Of a DNA stretch of 64,000 nucleotides, positions 24,171 to 36,941 are shown piece by piece. Made by a program: the position numbers and the translations under genes. The DNA lies in NCBI RefSeq assembly GCF_000143415.4, contig NW_003314276.1, forward strand, positions 943,135 to 1,007,134. The letters run 5' to 3'. The stretch's first letter is position 1. Each line of letters begins with the position of its first letter. This DNA is from Selaginella moellendorffii (lineage: Eukaryota; Plantae; Lycopodiophyta). Below the pieces are notes generated by a model that was given only the letters and a program-made list of their open reading frames with translations, did not search any database and was not told where the DNA came from.

Positions 24171-26751
24171 ATGGCTTCCTGGGTAGTAGCATCACTGCCC
24201 GTCTTCGTTCTTCTTTTGTGGGCTGTTCTCCATCCAGCAAAAGTGACGCACTACAAAGGTACTTCTCGTTACTACTGGTTCTAGCTCGATGGTTCTCGAT
24301 GGTGAAACCTTGATCCAGTTCTGGGTTTGAGAGGCAACGCTAGCAGTGAAGAAATTCAGGCTGCCTATACGGCGCGCAAGTCGCCATTGTAAGTTCATTC
24401 ATTCCCTCAGTGGCTTCATCTCGTTTGAGACGTTCTTCGATATGCAGGGATACGAAGGTTCTCTCGCTCCTTTTCTTTTTTCCTTTTTTTATTTCTCGCG
24501 TTAATACAGGTTGATCATGCTTTTTACGTTCTATCGGATGCATATAGAAGGCGAGTTTACGATCACTTCGGCCTGGACAGCGTAGAGGTGATCTTGTGAT
24601 TTTCATTTTTCTCGAAATGGTCTCGATGTTCGTTGCGGCAGTCAGAAGAAGCTGCTTTAGATACAGGCCCAATCCTATCTCGCACACCGAGGCTCGACGA
24701 TACGAACTTTAAGTCCGTTTTGGAGAGCACGACACCATGTTTGATTCAGATCTTCTCAGATGCCAACACTAGATCAAGGGAGTTCTCACCAGTGTGGGAA
24801 AGACTGGGTAATGCTTTGCGTGTTCGTGCTTTTTCCAACCATGCTGTTCGTGATTCCAGCGGAAGTTCTCGAAGGCCAGGTTAATCTTTTGAGAGTCGAG
24901 ATAGGAGAAGTTCAACTCGCAAAGCTCTTGGCAGGAAAGAGGTGGATCAGACGCCATGGTAAACACGTAAACCTCCTATTTTCTTTCATTTTCTTTCATT
25001 TTCTTTCTTCAGGGATTCCATCTCTTGTTGCCAAGCCGCCAGGGTGTAGGGAATTAAAATGCCTGATTCGGTAAATTCATGAAGCCTTGTTCCGCTTTTT
25101 CTGACGAACACTGTAGGTACTCCAAAGGCCTCAGCTACGATTCTATACTGGACTGGATAGCAACGTTGCTTCTTGATCTTCCTCGCATTCGTTATTTTTC
25201 TTCTCAGAACTTGGTAGCCACAATTTTCACTAAAATCTAAAACAAGCACTGACTAAAGTCACGCAGATACCTGAGTTCATTCAGAAATCTGGACCGCATA
25301 AGGTGCTGGTATAGTAGCATAAACAAAATCCTACGATACTAATCAAAATCTGCACTTCTTTTTAGGTGAAAGTTATTCTTTTTTCTGACACAGGAGAGCG
25401 TGCACTTCCATTCGTAAGAGAAGCGGCCAAGAAGTACTCCGAGTTTATGTCTTTCGGATGTGTTTTGTGGAGGCAAGAGGAAGCTTCGATTTGGAAAAGC
25501 CGGTATTTTTAGTGATAATCACGTGAATTGATTCATGCTTTTGCGTGTGGAGCAGGCTTGGATTAGAGCTGGCACCGGCAGTAGTTTTCATCAAAGATCC
25601 CGGTGTCCAGCCCATAATTGTTTATGGTAAGAATCTTCCTTTTGGCAGCTTTGAGATGATTTCTTTCGCTTTGCAGGTAAATTGACCCGTGACTCCTTCA
25701 TGGAAACTGTGGAAGAACATAAAGTTCATGGTAAGTACTACGTAGGCTCTTCCTCTTTTTGCTATCTTTTGAATTGCAATTTGATGTGCGCGCTTTTAGT
25801 TCTTCCTCAGCTGCGAAGCATCACGGCTTCCAAACTTGGATGTGATCCCGCGGACTTCTCCGCAGCTGGAAAAGATGTCGAAACATGGTACTGCGTTGTG
25901 GTTGCTGGAAGGCCTGGTTTTCAGCTTGATCAACTCCGCAGTGTAAGATTTTTCTTTCTTGTTGTTTCTAGCTGACGAGTTTCTCATATTAGACGATGAG
26001 AATCGTGCAAGATGAGCTCGGAAGCGAGGACATTGATGGCCACAATTTTGCCGCTGCCACTGCATACAAAGACAAGCGTTTGAGCCTATCATGGCTTGAC
26101 GGCGAAATGCAAAAGGTGGATAGTTATATAGCTCGCTGGTTAATTAATCCTCGTTTTTGTGCAGAAATTTTGCTATTACTGCCTCCCTTCTGAAACCGTC
26201 CATGAGACTTGCGGGCCGAGGCAGTACCAAGAGCAAGACGTGGCAAGAATTTTTATGATACGTTTTAGAAGAGATCCAAACCATCAAAAGCCGGTGGTGA
26301 AGAGAATCAATACCTGGTGGCGTTTGGATGATGAGGAGCAAGATTTAGCATCGATGCTTATTGCTCCATACAGTGGTGCAAATGAAATATCAGAGGTTGG
26401 TTGGTTTCACTTGGAAAATCCAAGACTTCTTTCTCTTTTCTTCTCTCTTTTTTGCTATACCAAAGAGTTTTTCTGCAGGTTTTATCGTGGATTTCTAATA
26501 CTGTTCGTGACGGTGACACAAATGAAATTCCATTCTTTGTAAGTATTGTGGTGTTTTGAAAGTTTGGAGAACTCTTGACTGTGGGATTTTGTTAGAATAC
26601 TAAGTCGGTGCCTGCGTTAATACCCGAGGAGCAAGCAGTCTCGATGCTCTCTTCAACACGGAATGCTGCGAGTGGAATGAGGAGGAGCTTGATAGACAAA
26701 GTGAACAGTTTGGTTGTGGATCTTATGGACTTCATCACAGATTGGTCATAA
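24171..26751 (+). CDS. Multi-exon ER-type J-like domain plus thioredoxin-fold protein (DNAJC16-like plant family)
   Basis: Hydrophobic N-terminus MASWVVASLPVFVLLLWAVL. J-like THYKVLGL...AFYVLSDAYRRRVYDHFG. Then PCLIQIFS, KVILFSDTGERA and APAVVFIKDPG. Many ~50-60 nt GT-AG introns; stop TAA ends at 26751. Confidence 0.85.
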
Positions 26752-27193
26752 ACGATTATACTTCACAAAGTTTACAATCTTTTTTAAGATTGTTATCAGG
26801 ATTATTTTAATAATATTTTAATATTTTAATATTTTAAACTTTAAACTAGAAAATGTTTATGTCCGTATAATTTATTAAGAATATCAAATAGTTTTTTTAG
26901 CAATTTTTAATAATTACCTTAATGATTTTGTTTCACAAAAATAACACATCAAAGTAAAATATTTTCCACAAATATTATTTGGAAGAAATAAAGTCTAAAT
27001 TTAGAGATATATATTATAACACCATAGTATCTTGTGAGTAAATCCGAGTTGTGCTCAATTAAAAAGTAATTTCTCATGTGGCAAGTAATTAGTTTAATAT
27101 GGCTAATAGTCCATGTTTAGTATATCCTTGGATTATTTCATCTTTTTTCAAAACAATGTTTTGCAATATATTATGAACACACACACAGAGATA

Positions 27194-27203
<10 letters not shown>

Positions 27204-27259
<56 letters not shown>
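27204..27259. repeat. (AT)n microsatellite
   Basis: Direct. Confidence 0.95.
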
Positions 27260-27265
<6 letters not shown>

Positions 27266-27676
27266 TTATAAATATTAATGCATCATTCACATTGAGTCTG
27301 AACATATTGCAAAAACAGGAATTGTAAAAGTTTAAATTACTTTTGTTAATTTCTATACATTTTTTTAAAATTATTTATAAATTCTTTAATTTATAAAAAT
27401 ATTAATTTTTAATTTTTAAAATATTTATAAAGGTATATTATCAGCTTATGTTATGCACTGTTTTGCAAAACAAAAAAGTAACACTAGATTTTGAATTTTT
27501 TATTTTTTTGATGTTTCTTTTAAAAGTTTTTAAAGATTGAACTAAAGGAAAAAAGAAAATATAATTAAAAATAAATATATTACACAACTAAATTTTTAAG
27601 ATAAGAGCATCAAGTAGACTTGTTACACAGTTAGAGAAATTTCTCTGAGAATTCATATAAACTCTCTTTCTAAGCA

Positions 27677-28899
27677 TTATTGGTTGTACAAAACTTTTGG
27701 TTCCATGCTAGAGGGAATGGCTGGCTGGATCCCTCCTGGGTTGAGAGGAAACAAGGCCCCATAGTAGCCATCCATTATGCTTGGGAGGTTGCAAGTGGAC
27801 GACACTCCCGGAATCTAACACGAAAGAACAAGACATTACTAGCAATCACAACTCGAACAGACGTGTAGGAACCTGGTATATCTGTCGCATGTAGCCATAA
27901 AGATTCGAAAACTCCGACAACTTTCGCTTGGAGCACTTGAAAAGAATGTGGTAGACAGCATCAAACCTGTACAACGTCGTGAACAGCCGGATGTCTGCCA
28001 GAGTGAGCGAGTCGCCACACAGAAATCTCGAGCACTGAAGGTGTTTCTCAACAGTTTCGAGTGCAGAGAAAAGGTTGTGAACAGCACGATCGTAAGCATT
28101 CTGGCTCTGAGCAAAACCACACCTAAGACACAAAGCGCGAGTCAGTGAGAGAGAAAGAGAGGAAAAACCCACCGAACCTGTATACACCATTGTTGATGTT
28201 GGCATAGACGAGTTGGTTCCAGCGGTCCATTTCTTGGCCGAGAGATGCCGGAGCTAGATCCAAGTGTTGGTTCTCTGCAAGCGCATTAAAGTCCGAGTTT
28301 AACATTGCGATAATGTCTGCGCTCTCGTTGTTCACCACTGCTTTCCTGACACGATCCCACAGCATGGGAACCGTCGCTCGTCCCTGAAACCCCCCGCTGT
28401 TCATCCGATAAACATCTATCAGACGACTGCAGTTATGTGCCTTATCCGGGTATCTACCAGCCTCAAACTCCCACAGCCCCGACTTCCCTGGAAGAGCAAG
28501 CGAGATAGGAACCGCCGAGCCTAGTCCTTTGAGAGAGTGAACGATGAGTGCCCGGTGAGCCCACGGACAAACCGGCGACGCATACAGATGGTAGCGTCCG
28601 GCGTGCTCGACTGAAACCGGCTCCTCAAACCGACCCCGAAACTGGCTCTCTGGCCTCCTGTAAGTTCCATCGCCGGAATCTCTTGGAGCTAGCTGCTGCA
28701 TCATAGTCCGCCATGCTAAGTTCCAGCCTTCACGTACTGCTCCTATTACTATCTCCGATGGCAATCCTGCTGCTGCTGCGACTATGACCTGTGTCCGGTA
28801 AAGCTCTCTCTTTTGCTTCCTGTCATGATTCCTTGTAAACCCAGAAAAGCTGCGGCACTGTTCCTGCGCTACTGCTACAACCGGACATCCCAGTCCCAT
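27677..28899 (-). CDS. Glutathionyl-hydroquinone reductase (GST Xi/ECM4-YqjG class), probable organellar transit peptide; exons 28899-28178, 28122-27873, 27814-27677
   Basis: GRYHLY...CPWAHR active site, ATVPMLWD, VNNESADI, INNGVYRCGFA, RLFTTLYRFDAVY, LNPGGI. Confidence 0.92.
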
Positions 28900-29140
28900 T
28901 GCCGAATGGAATTCGAAGAAATGGACTAACCCAGGAGTGTACAGTTGAGCGCTGCTTACATTGATTGACAATACGACTTCTTCTTGTACAGGAAGCCTGG
29001 GACCCCCCGCAATCGAACACCAAAAAAATTAGTGCAGGGGGCTAAGCATCCATGATGGATCAGCATGGCATCAAAACTCGCCAGTCTGATCTCTTCTGTC
29101 CCACAAAATCAATAGAAAATCTTTGGGGCGTACCAATCAA

Positions 29141-29814
29141 TCAGTCCAAGTCCAGAAACTCCATCCTCTTCCGCATCGTGCCCTTTAGCTCTGTAGCATC
29201 TTTTTCCGCCTTTTGAGCCTGCGAATAAAGCAAGAACACACTACAGTTGCTACAAAAGCCAGGAGAAAAAAAAAAAGAAAAAGATCTCACTCTTTTGATT
29301 TCGGCAGCTGACACTAAAACCATGTGGGCCGGCAAGTCTTTCTTCGTTTGGTCCTACGTTACGTGCTCGAGTCAAGACCACGAACCAAAAAAAACAAGGA
29401 AAGAGAAAGAGAACTATTTACCAGCTCGCCAACAAGCACCACATTTTCCCCGCGGATAATGTACAGCCCAAGTGGAAGATCACAGTAGAGATCTCCCACA
29501 ATGATCCTCTCCACAGCTTTCTCTAGCACAAGGTTAGCTGCACGAAGACAGCGAGAGAGTGAAATAAAAAATAAAAAAATTCCAATCGAAACGATTGAGA
29601 GACTCGAAATAATCCACATACCAAACTGATCAAACGATCGCAGCGTTCCTACGAGCTTCCGACCGTCGCGGAGGATAACCAAAAGCTTCTCTGCTCAAGA
29701 CGGAGAGATTGGAGAGATTTTCAATCTAAGCGCGCGCTGGATGCGAGAAAACTTACTGTCGAGATTATCTGCCAGAGATGTGGTGTGGAAGCTGTCGGGC
29801 GCAGCCCAAGACAT
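29141..29814 (-). CDS. LSM1: Sm-like protein LSM1 (multi-exon)
   Basis: MSWA..., [40 protein letters not shown]-terminus [11 protein letters not shown]. Confidence 0.95.
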
Positions 29815-29948
29815 CGATCGAAGCGCGACGCTCCTGGCAGCAGCGCCGATTCATCCACGCGCCAAGAGCCCTAGCTAACTAGTCCCACAATAAAAAACCC
29901 TAGAACCACAATGGCATTTATTCTCACATTCTTCGTTTCCACAAACTC

Positions 29949-31499
29949 TCACTCTTCCATGTCTTCTTCTTCGTCTTCCTCGCCATCTTCGTCTTCCTCG
30001 AGCGTTAGATCCCCAAGGAGTTCTTCCAGAGGAACTTGAGGAAGCTCTCCATCCTCGTCCTCTCCAGCGATGGATGGCGCCGCCACCGCTACCGGATTCT
30101 TAAACAGCGCGATCTTGGATCTCATCTCCGGGTCCTCCTCCAGCTCCTCCATAAACCTCTCGTACTCCACCGCCCTCTTGCTCTCCTCCTTGCCTCCGGT
30201 GCTCTCATCCACATCCATCTCCAAGCTCTTGAGCTTCCACGGCCGCGCTTTGCCCCGCCTCCTCTGCCGCTTCTCTTCGTAGCTCTTCTTCACCAGCACC
30301 ACCTCGGGCAGAACCAGTCCCCGGTACTTCTCCAGCTCCAGATCGTTGGTGTTGGCACCGTAGAGATCGTAGCCGAGAGCATAGTCCCCGGGACGCAGCA
30401 AGTGCCCGAGATGAGTCCTCACGTTAAACATGGTGTCGTTCTTGCCAAAGTCGGAGCTCCTCACCACCTGCGCGTGGGCGAGAACGTACTTCTGGCTGCT
30501 GCTCTCGGCCGGAGAGTCGATCTCGATGTCAAGAACAACGTACTCCACGAGCTGCCTGCTCGAGATCAAAGCCCTGTAAGGCACCCTCCAGTACTGCGAC
30601 GCATCCACAAACGCGGAGCGTAGAGTCTGTGTGTCGAGCAGCATCAATGTGTTGGAGACGCGAGTGCACAGCACCAGCGGGCCGATGTTCCCGAGCCCCG
30701 CGGCCACCTTCTGCGGGAGGCAGACCAGATCGTCCTTGCAAACCGGGCAGATCTCCACCGAGAACGTAAACTTGTAGTTGTACGAGTTGTTCTTGGTGTC
30801 GTGAGAGACCAGCTGCTTGTCATTCCTGCTCTTGACGGGCACCACGCTGCTAACGAAGTCCACGAACTTGAGCGCGTGGCTCCTGCTCGAGAAGAAGAAA
30901 TCGATCCCTTCGTGCATCTGTTTGATGTTGATCGCCAGCGCCGCGGCGGCGTGCTTGAGGATGAGCTGCTCCAGGAAGAAGAAGGTCCGCTTGTGATCCA
31001 CCTTCTGGCGGAGCTGGACGGCGGCGACCCACTGGTCCGGGTTGGCGGCGGCGCGCGAGCAAGCCTCGCACATATGATCCTGGACCACGAACTCCACCGT
31101 GTAGCTCTGCTCCAGGATGGCGCCGTGCATCACCTCCTTCTGGATCTTGAGCTTCACCTTGAGGCGCTTGGAGTGAGGCTCCGTCCACACGAATCCGGCG
31201 TCCACAAGGCGGACGCGGTTGAGATTCTTGAGCCGCTTGATGCAAAAGGTGAGGAGCTCGCGGGATTCCAGCCCCGCCTTGATCCAGCAGCGCGGCGGCT
31301 GGAGGTAGCGCTCGCATTCCGGGCAGTAGAGGACCGTGACGTGCTTCTGGAGGCCCTCGGTGATGTCTACCTGGGAGCGCAGGCACGAGACGCACATATT
31401 CGCTGGATTGGGCGACATAGCCACGCCACACAAGCAGCACAGCACCGTGCCCTGCGTCTGGGGGACGAGGAACGTACCATCGGTCGCCGCCATCGCCAT
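29949..31499 (-). CDS. NMD3: 60S ribosomal export protein NMD3 (intronless)
   Basis: CxxC pairs, FVWTEPHSKRLKVKL, QLRQKVDHKRTFFFLEQLILKH, acidic C-terminus with an NES-like LEELLGDLTL. Confidence 0.96.
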   Translation of the reverse strand: MAMAATDGTFLVPQTQGTVLCCLCGVAMSPNPANMCVSCLRSQVDITEGLQKHVTVLYCPECERYLQPPRCWIKAGLESRELLTFCIKRLKNLNRVRLVDAGFVWTEPHSKRLKVKLKIQKEVMHGAILEQSYTVEFVVQDHMCEACSRAAANPDQWVAAVQLRQKVDHKRTFFFLEQLILKHAAAALAINIKQMHEGIDFFFSSRSHALKFVDFVSSVVPVKSRNDKQLVSHDTKNNSYNYKFTFSVEICPVCKDDLVCLPQKVAAGLGNIGPLVLCTRVSNTLMLLDTQTLRSAFVDASQYWRVPYRALISSRQLVEYVVLDIEIDSPAESSSQKYVLAHAQVVRSSDFGKNDTMFNVRTHLGHLLRPGDYALGYDLYGANTNDLELEKYRGLVLPEVVLVKKSYEEKRQRRRGKARPWKLKSLEMDVDESTGGKEESKRAVEYERFMEELEEDPEMRSKIALFKNPVAVAAPSIAGEDEDGELPQVPLEELLGDLTLEEDEDGEEDEEEDMEE

Positions 31500-31574
31500 C
31501 GCTCGCAAGAAGAAATGCGGACTAAAACCCTAGGGAAGGAATTTTAGGGTTCTTGTGGTCTTAAAGAAATTTTA
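31500..31574. promoter_or_regulatory. Minimal divergent NMD3/MED8 interval with telo-box-like motifs on both strands
   Basis: AAACCCTA at ~31525 and TTAGGGTT at ~31544, between two ATGs 75 bp apart. Confidence 0.6.
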
Positions 31575-33863
31575 ATGGCTTCTCAGCCGGGAGCGACGAT
31601 TCCAGCGCCAGCGCCTGGAGCAGGGGCCGCGGCTCCAGCGCCGGCTCCTCCTCCAAAATCAGAGATCCTACAGCAGTGCAATCTCCCGGCGCTGAGGACG
31701 CGCATGCACGATTTGCAGGCCATTCTCACCCGGATCACGCATTCGATCCACACGAATCCATCCTCGAAGTGGTGAGTCTCGTGTTGTGGTGTTTTGGGAA
31801 GGGATTTTCAGTGTTTTGTGGCCAGGGGAGACGTGCTGGGCCAGTTCTCGGTCGTGAACTTGGAGCTCATTAGCTTGGTGGAGGAGATCAAGCCGATACT
31901 GAGGGCCTTTGTGGTCTATCCCAAGAATGTGAGCGCTGGAATGGCACCAAGTAAGCTCTTAAGAGTTTTCTTTGTGAAGGAAAAGAAGAAGCTCTCCTTT
32001 TTCTTTGCAGTTCTACCGATAATGCTCTCGTCCAAGCTTTTGCCCGAGCTGGAAGCTGAGGAGATGGCCTTGAAAGAGCAAGTTTTGCAACCAATGTCGA
32101 ATCTCCCGCTCCACGTCCAAACGGAGAAACTCCAGGCAAGTTTGAAAAGGAGAAAGCTATGGAACTTGAATGATCGATCTCTTGGGTCTTTGCAGAAGCA
32201 AATAGAGCTGGTCCGATCTGTCTGTGATGCGGCAGAGAAGGTTATATCCGACTCGAGAAAAGCACTCGGGCTTGGAGCACGTCAAGGCTTGCCTCCACTC
32301 CCAACGATTGACAAGGCTGTTGCGGCCAAAATCCTGGAACAGGAGAAGCTGCTTCATGCTGCCGCAAACTTTGGCGAAGGTTTGGTTTGGCTGGCTATGC
32401 TTTTCTATCTCAATAAGTCCCATTCCTCCAGGTCTCAGAATTTTACCGGAACAACGAAACGCTCCCGTCGTCCTACCACCTCATATTGCTTCGGCATTGG
32501 CATCCGCCGACGATGGTACCAGTCTTCTTTCTCTCTTGTTCCCATACCGTGTTTCTATACCGCTACAGGAAAAGGAGCTCCGATTATCGGTGGAATGCGA
32601 CCGACGACTCCACAACAGGTCCGGCATTTCATATCGGTGTTCAAATGCGATCTTACCATGTTTTCGCCTTTAAAGATCATCGCAAACGCGACGATGAATG
32701 GAGCTCCAGCAGCAGCTGCCGCTCTGGCGGGATTTGTGAACTCTCCAAGGCCCGGGGATCTGCAAGCTCAGCAACAGCAGCAGCAGCAGCAGCAACAACA
32801 ACAGCAACAGCAGCTACTTATGCAACAGCGAAATACTAAAGTCCAGCAGCTGCAAAAGCATTTCCACCAATTACGCCAGCCCGCACCAGCTCTACAACAG
32901 GTCCAGTATCTCTTCCTCCTTTTCTAAATCTGAAATCCATGACTTGGAGACTTCCAGATGCAAGTGGCGAACCAGGCACAATCCGCGAAAATGCAGCAAT
33001 TCTCACAGGTATCAAAGCATCCCTTTCTGAGCTTCTTTGCAGTTCTGAGAATCTTGCGATTTCAGAGCCACCTTCAAATGAATCAACAACAGCAGCACGC
33101 TGCTCAACTTCATCAACACATGCACGTAAGTGACGAAAGACTTTGCTGATTTGCTAACAGAGAGATGGTGTCCCCCAGCTACAGCAAATGCATATACAAC
33201 AGCACAACGCACAAATGCAGGGCCAGCCGCAACTGGCACAAGCAAATCAAATGCGTCCTCACTTGGCGAACTATGGAAACGCCCAAACTTCACTTCTTTC
33301 TTCCAATATGGTGCGCTTCTCTCTCTTTTAAACTTTTAAACAAGCTTCCCTTCACGAAACTTAGATCGTGTTACTTTTCAGCAAGGACTCTCGCAACCGG
33401 GTTTGCAAAGGCTACAGGTAATTTCCTTTCGTACTTTCCCATCTCGAGTTCTTACGAGTTCCATGTGTATGTTTCAAGTTCGGAGGAGGATTGGGAGGCG
33501 GCCATTCTCAGCGACAGATTCTTCAGGACTCTCGTAAGCTCAGAAAATCTGTCGTGCTTAACTCACCAGTGTAAAGCTGCAGTGTACATGAGTGGAAATC
33601 AGTCAGCTGCGCCGCTTGGCTTGCCTCTACAGCAGCAAATGCCCGGACAGACAAACTACACCCTCATGAACCCCAACCAAAATCCACTTCTCAGCCCATC
33701 GCCCAACACAATCCACAACAGCCTGCTCAACCAAGGACTTATGAATCCAAACGCTTTGGCTTTCAGGCAGCAGCAGCAGCAGCAACAGCAGCAACAACAG
33801 CAACAACAGCAGCAACAGCACCAACACCAACAGCAGCAACAGCACCCTCCTCCAAATCAGTAA
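31575..33863 (+). CDS. MED8: Mediator subunit 8 (plant type, Gln-rich C-terminus), multi-exon
   Basis: NLPALRTRM.DL, W.DVLGQFSVVNLEL, FVVYPKNV, LPIMLSSKLLPE.E, LL.AAANFGEGLRI, poly-Q tracts. Confidence 0.9.
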
Positions 33864-33931
33864 AGCACGAAATGGAAAAGAAAAGCTACCAACAATGCAA
33901 CGAGAGGATTGTCCAAAATGCGAGCTTACTT

Positions 33932-34832
33932 CTAGTCGAACTGCTGCCGGAGTTGCATCTCAGTCTCCGACTTCCAGGTTGCGTGACTCGACTGTCCTTT
34001 CATTCGCTTGCTCTTCTCCTTGTCCTTCACTTTGGGCGCTCTCTTCTTGTCGACTTGTTCCGGCTCACTGTTGCGAGGACGGTCCCTGCAAACCGGGCAC
34101 ACCATCCGCCCCTCGGACGACGTCTTTGGCACTCCGCACTGGACGCACATCCTGAATCACAGCGATGGATGGAGGCTTTTAGAGCTGGAGAGAGCAAACT
34201 TTCATCTCACACACCTTAGAAGCTCGGCCGCGTCTTGTGCCGGAGGATTCTGCGGCTGGATCACTCTTGGCGTTGCTTCTCCAGCCACTGACGCTGTTGC
34301 TTCGTTTGCTACAACAGCCTCGGTGTTGCTGCGAGCCACCAGCTGTGGTTTGGCCTCCACAACCGCTTCTGCTCAAATAAAAGATGAAAAGCTTGTTCTT
34401 GAGTGTTCTAAGACTCGAGAAAAGAGTGCCTTCTTACCAACAGGTTTCTTCTGCTGCTGCTGTTGCTGTTGCTCCAGCCTCTCGCTACTGATCGCGTGCT
34501 TGAGGAACTCCGGAGGGCCTGTAATCTGCGAAAACATTTCAAACTCTTCCAAGGGGAGAAATGCCTATTTGATCTTTCCTCACCTCTGAGAAGGCCTCTT
34601 CTGGAGAAAGCAATGAAGAACTCGGCGCATTCGCTGCATCCTCTACCACTTCATCCTCTTGCAGCTGCCCTGGATCGTCGTGGCCGCCGCCATTCTGCTG
34701 GCGATGATAATCTTCCTCACCTCCATTGCGGATTTCTTCCTCCTCGCCAGAGCTCTCCAGCAGCTCCGACCGCGCGGACTCCTCCTCCGACGAGTAATCC
34801 ACCAGCGCCATCGCGGATTCCACCAGCGCCAT
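33932..34832 (-). CDS. Conserved uncharacterised protein, possibly DUF4660/C1orf52-like, with a Cys-containing C-terminal region; start ATG ambiguous (34832 or 34811)
   Basis: MALVDYSSEEE, LLSPEEAFSE|ITGPPEFL, CVQCGVPKT...CPVC, KDKEKSKRMKGQSSHATWKSETEMQLRQQFD. Confidence 0.7.
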
Positions 34833-34998
34833 GGGCGGCATCCACAAACCCTAATCCAGGAGTGCGTGATTATGCGACGAATATCCGGCTAAGCGAGGGT
34901 TTAGCTTGAACGAACAAATTTTAACGGTATTTTTACACCATTCCGCTCTTCCTCGAAAGTTTTGTTCTTCCCGCAACCAAAACTTCTCTCCCCCGCCG

Positions 34999-36941
34999 CT
35001 AGCTCCTCAACGTCCATCGCCGCCCGCCCGTCTTGAAGCCAGCGCCGCCTTGATCGCTGCTCTCGCCGCTGCTCTCAGCACCACTTCCATACGAGGCCGA
35101 GTCCTTGAACTTCTTTCTCAAGAGCCCGGTGTCACTAACGCTGCCGCTGAGCAAAGGATCGTCGATTCCTCTCACGGCTCCCCCTAGCCCTTGCCTGATC
35201 CAAGCGTCGTCCTTGGACGCGTGAAGCCTCTTACTCCCTTTGCCGTCGCCGCGCCTACCGTGCCACGGGAGTTGCCCGGGCAACTGGTGGAACTTGTCGT
35301 GGAGAGTCTCGTTCAAGCGATTGATGCCTTTCTCCATCGGCTCCACGGCTTGAGAGACGGTGAACTTGACGTCGTGAACGATCTGCCGAGAGGAAGCGTC
35401 AGTATAGCCAGCCAAGTTTTTGATTTGTAACTTTCGAACCTGTTCGCCTCCGACCATGACAACGTCCTGCACGCTTTCTTTCAAGCTCGTGGCGACGTTC
35501 TCCATCTCCGGGGGAAGGAAGCGGAGGATGGACCGTCGTTCGCTTTCCTTCACCTCGTCTGGATCCAGCGGCGAGTCCATCGAGGCGTAGTCAGAGAGGA
35601 CAGCAACTGAGCGTTGCCCAAACTCGTTTATTTGTTGGTATGGCCTTGCTGGAAAACAGTAGATGTGTGCAACAGCAGCTATAGCCATCTGCAAAACACA
35701 AACATGGATCACAAACCAAACAAAAAAGGATCGTTCACCTCTATACAAATTATGAAATCCTGCAAGCTGGACTGCAGCTTAACTCCTTCGGGAGCAACAC
35801 CTTTCGCGGCACCAGAACCAAAGAGCACTGCAATCGCTACACCTTGCCACCAGGTTGCGAAGACGATCGCCTTAAAGCAGATAAACTTCGAGAGGGGTTG
35901 GATGTGGTGAAGCTCATCTTTCGTCACGGCATAGAACTGAACCAAACAATACAGTGCCCATGTCTGGCTGAAGTTCAGTATCACAGTCACGTATGGATAT
36001 CTGCGCAGCGATACTGATGAGAATCTAGAGTCACACCTACCGTTCAAAAGAAAGCCATACCCGTAATACCACTTGAACTCCCCCTCTCCATAAGCATCGA
36101 AAACGTTTAAGAACAGAGATAGGAACGAGAGTGTGGTCTTCAAAATCATCTACATGGAGAAGACGAAAAGCCGTGAGTAGAGCACGGCAGAGAGCTTACC
36201 TACCAAAGTACTTACATATTGAACTATGCCGAACTTCACAATGTGATAGAAATCCTGCCCAAGTGACCACGGCGTCAAACAACAGTTTAATGGAATAGGA
36301 TGCTTGACAGCCGCTTTTCCGGAGGACCGACTTCGAACAAGAAGAGGTGTTCTCGGACCCGCTATCGCTTGCCTTTCCAGCATGTCCACGACTCGATCCT
36401 CGCCTCCTGCAATGCAGAAAAAAAGAGATTTTATATGCGTGCGAGTCTCGGAGCGAGAAAAGTTACCCAAGCAGGCAATAAGGTAGCAGCCGAAAGAATA
36501 CAGTGCAAACGCTTCATAGCAATTCCGAAGGATGTCACACACGAGTGATAGCTCGTTATTCCACAGCGACACCAGCTACAAGGAGAGAAAAAGATCTACT
36601 CTAAAATTGAAAGAAGAGAAAAACGAAAGCTTACCGATTCAACGGAGTAGACAGGAACCATGAAAATGATCCCAACCAGCCATTTTTGTTCCTGGATGGC
36701 GATTCTATCAGCAACAATCCTAGCACACAATCTAAGTTCTCACCTCGGGCTTGTTGTACGATGTGAGATGCTCGAAGATGAGAAACGTGGACAACGTGAG
36801 CGCGATAAGAACAAAAATCCCGGCAACGATAACAGCCCACGTATGAATCGACGTCACGGCATCGTCGGGGCCGGGCGCAGCAGCAAGGATGAAACTACCG
36901 CCGACGTCGAGGCGATCGAGTAGCAATCCCCAAGACAGCAT
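34999..36941 (-). CDS. TMEM184/OST-alpha family membrane protein (LAZ1 homolog), multi-exon
   Basis: EHL.SYNKPEEQKWL, LRNCYEAFALYSF, KFGIVQYM, NFSQTWALYCLVQFY, KFICFKAIVFATWWQG, QDFIICIEM. Confidence 0.93.

Noticed and set aside
7962-28899. Arsenic-detox cluster of ACR3 plus the GST-like reductase
   Set aside because: About 18 kb apart with unrelated genes and TEs between; the GHR is an ordinary conserved gene.
30036-31547. Long antisense ORFs over NMD3 (likewise over ACR3 and H1)
   Set aside because: Expected shadows of GC3-rich coding sequence.
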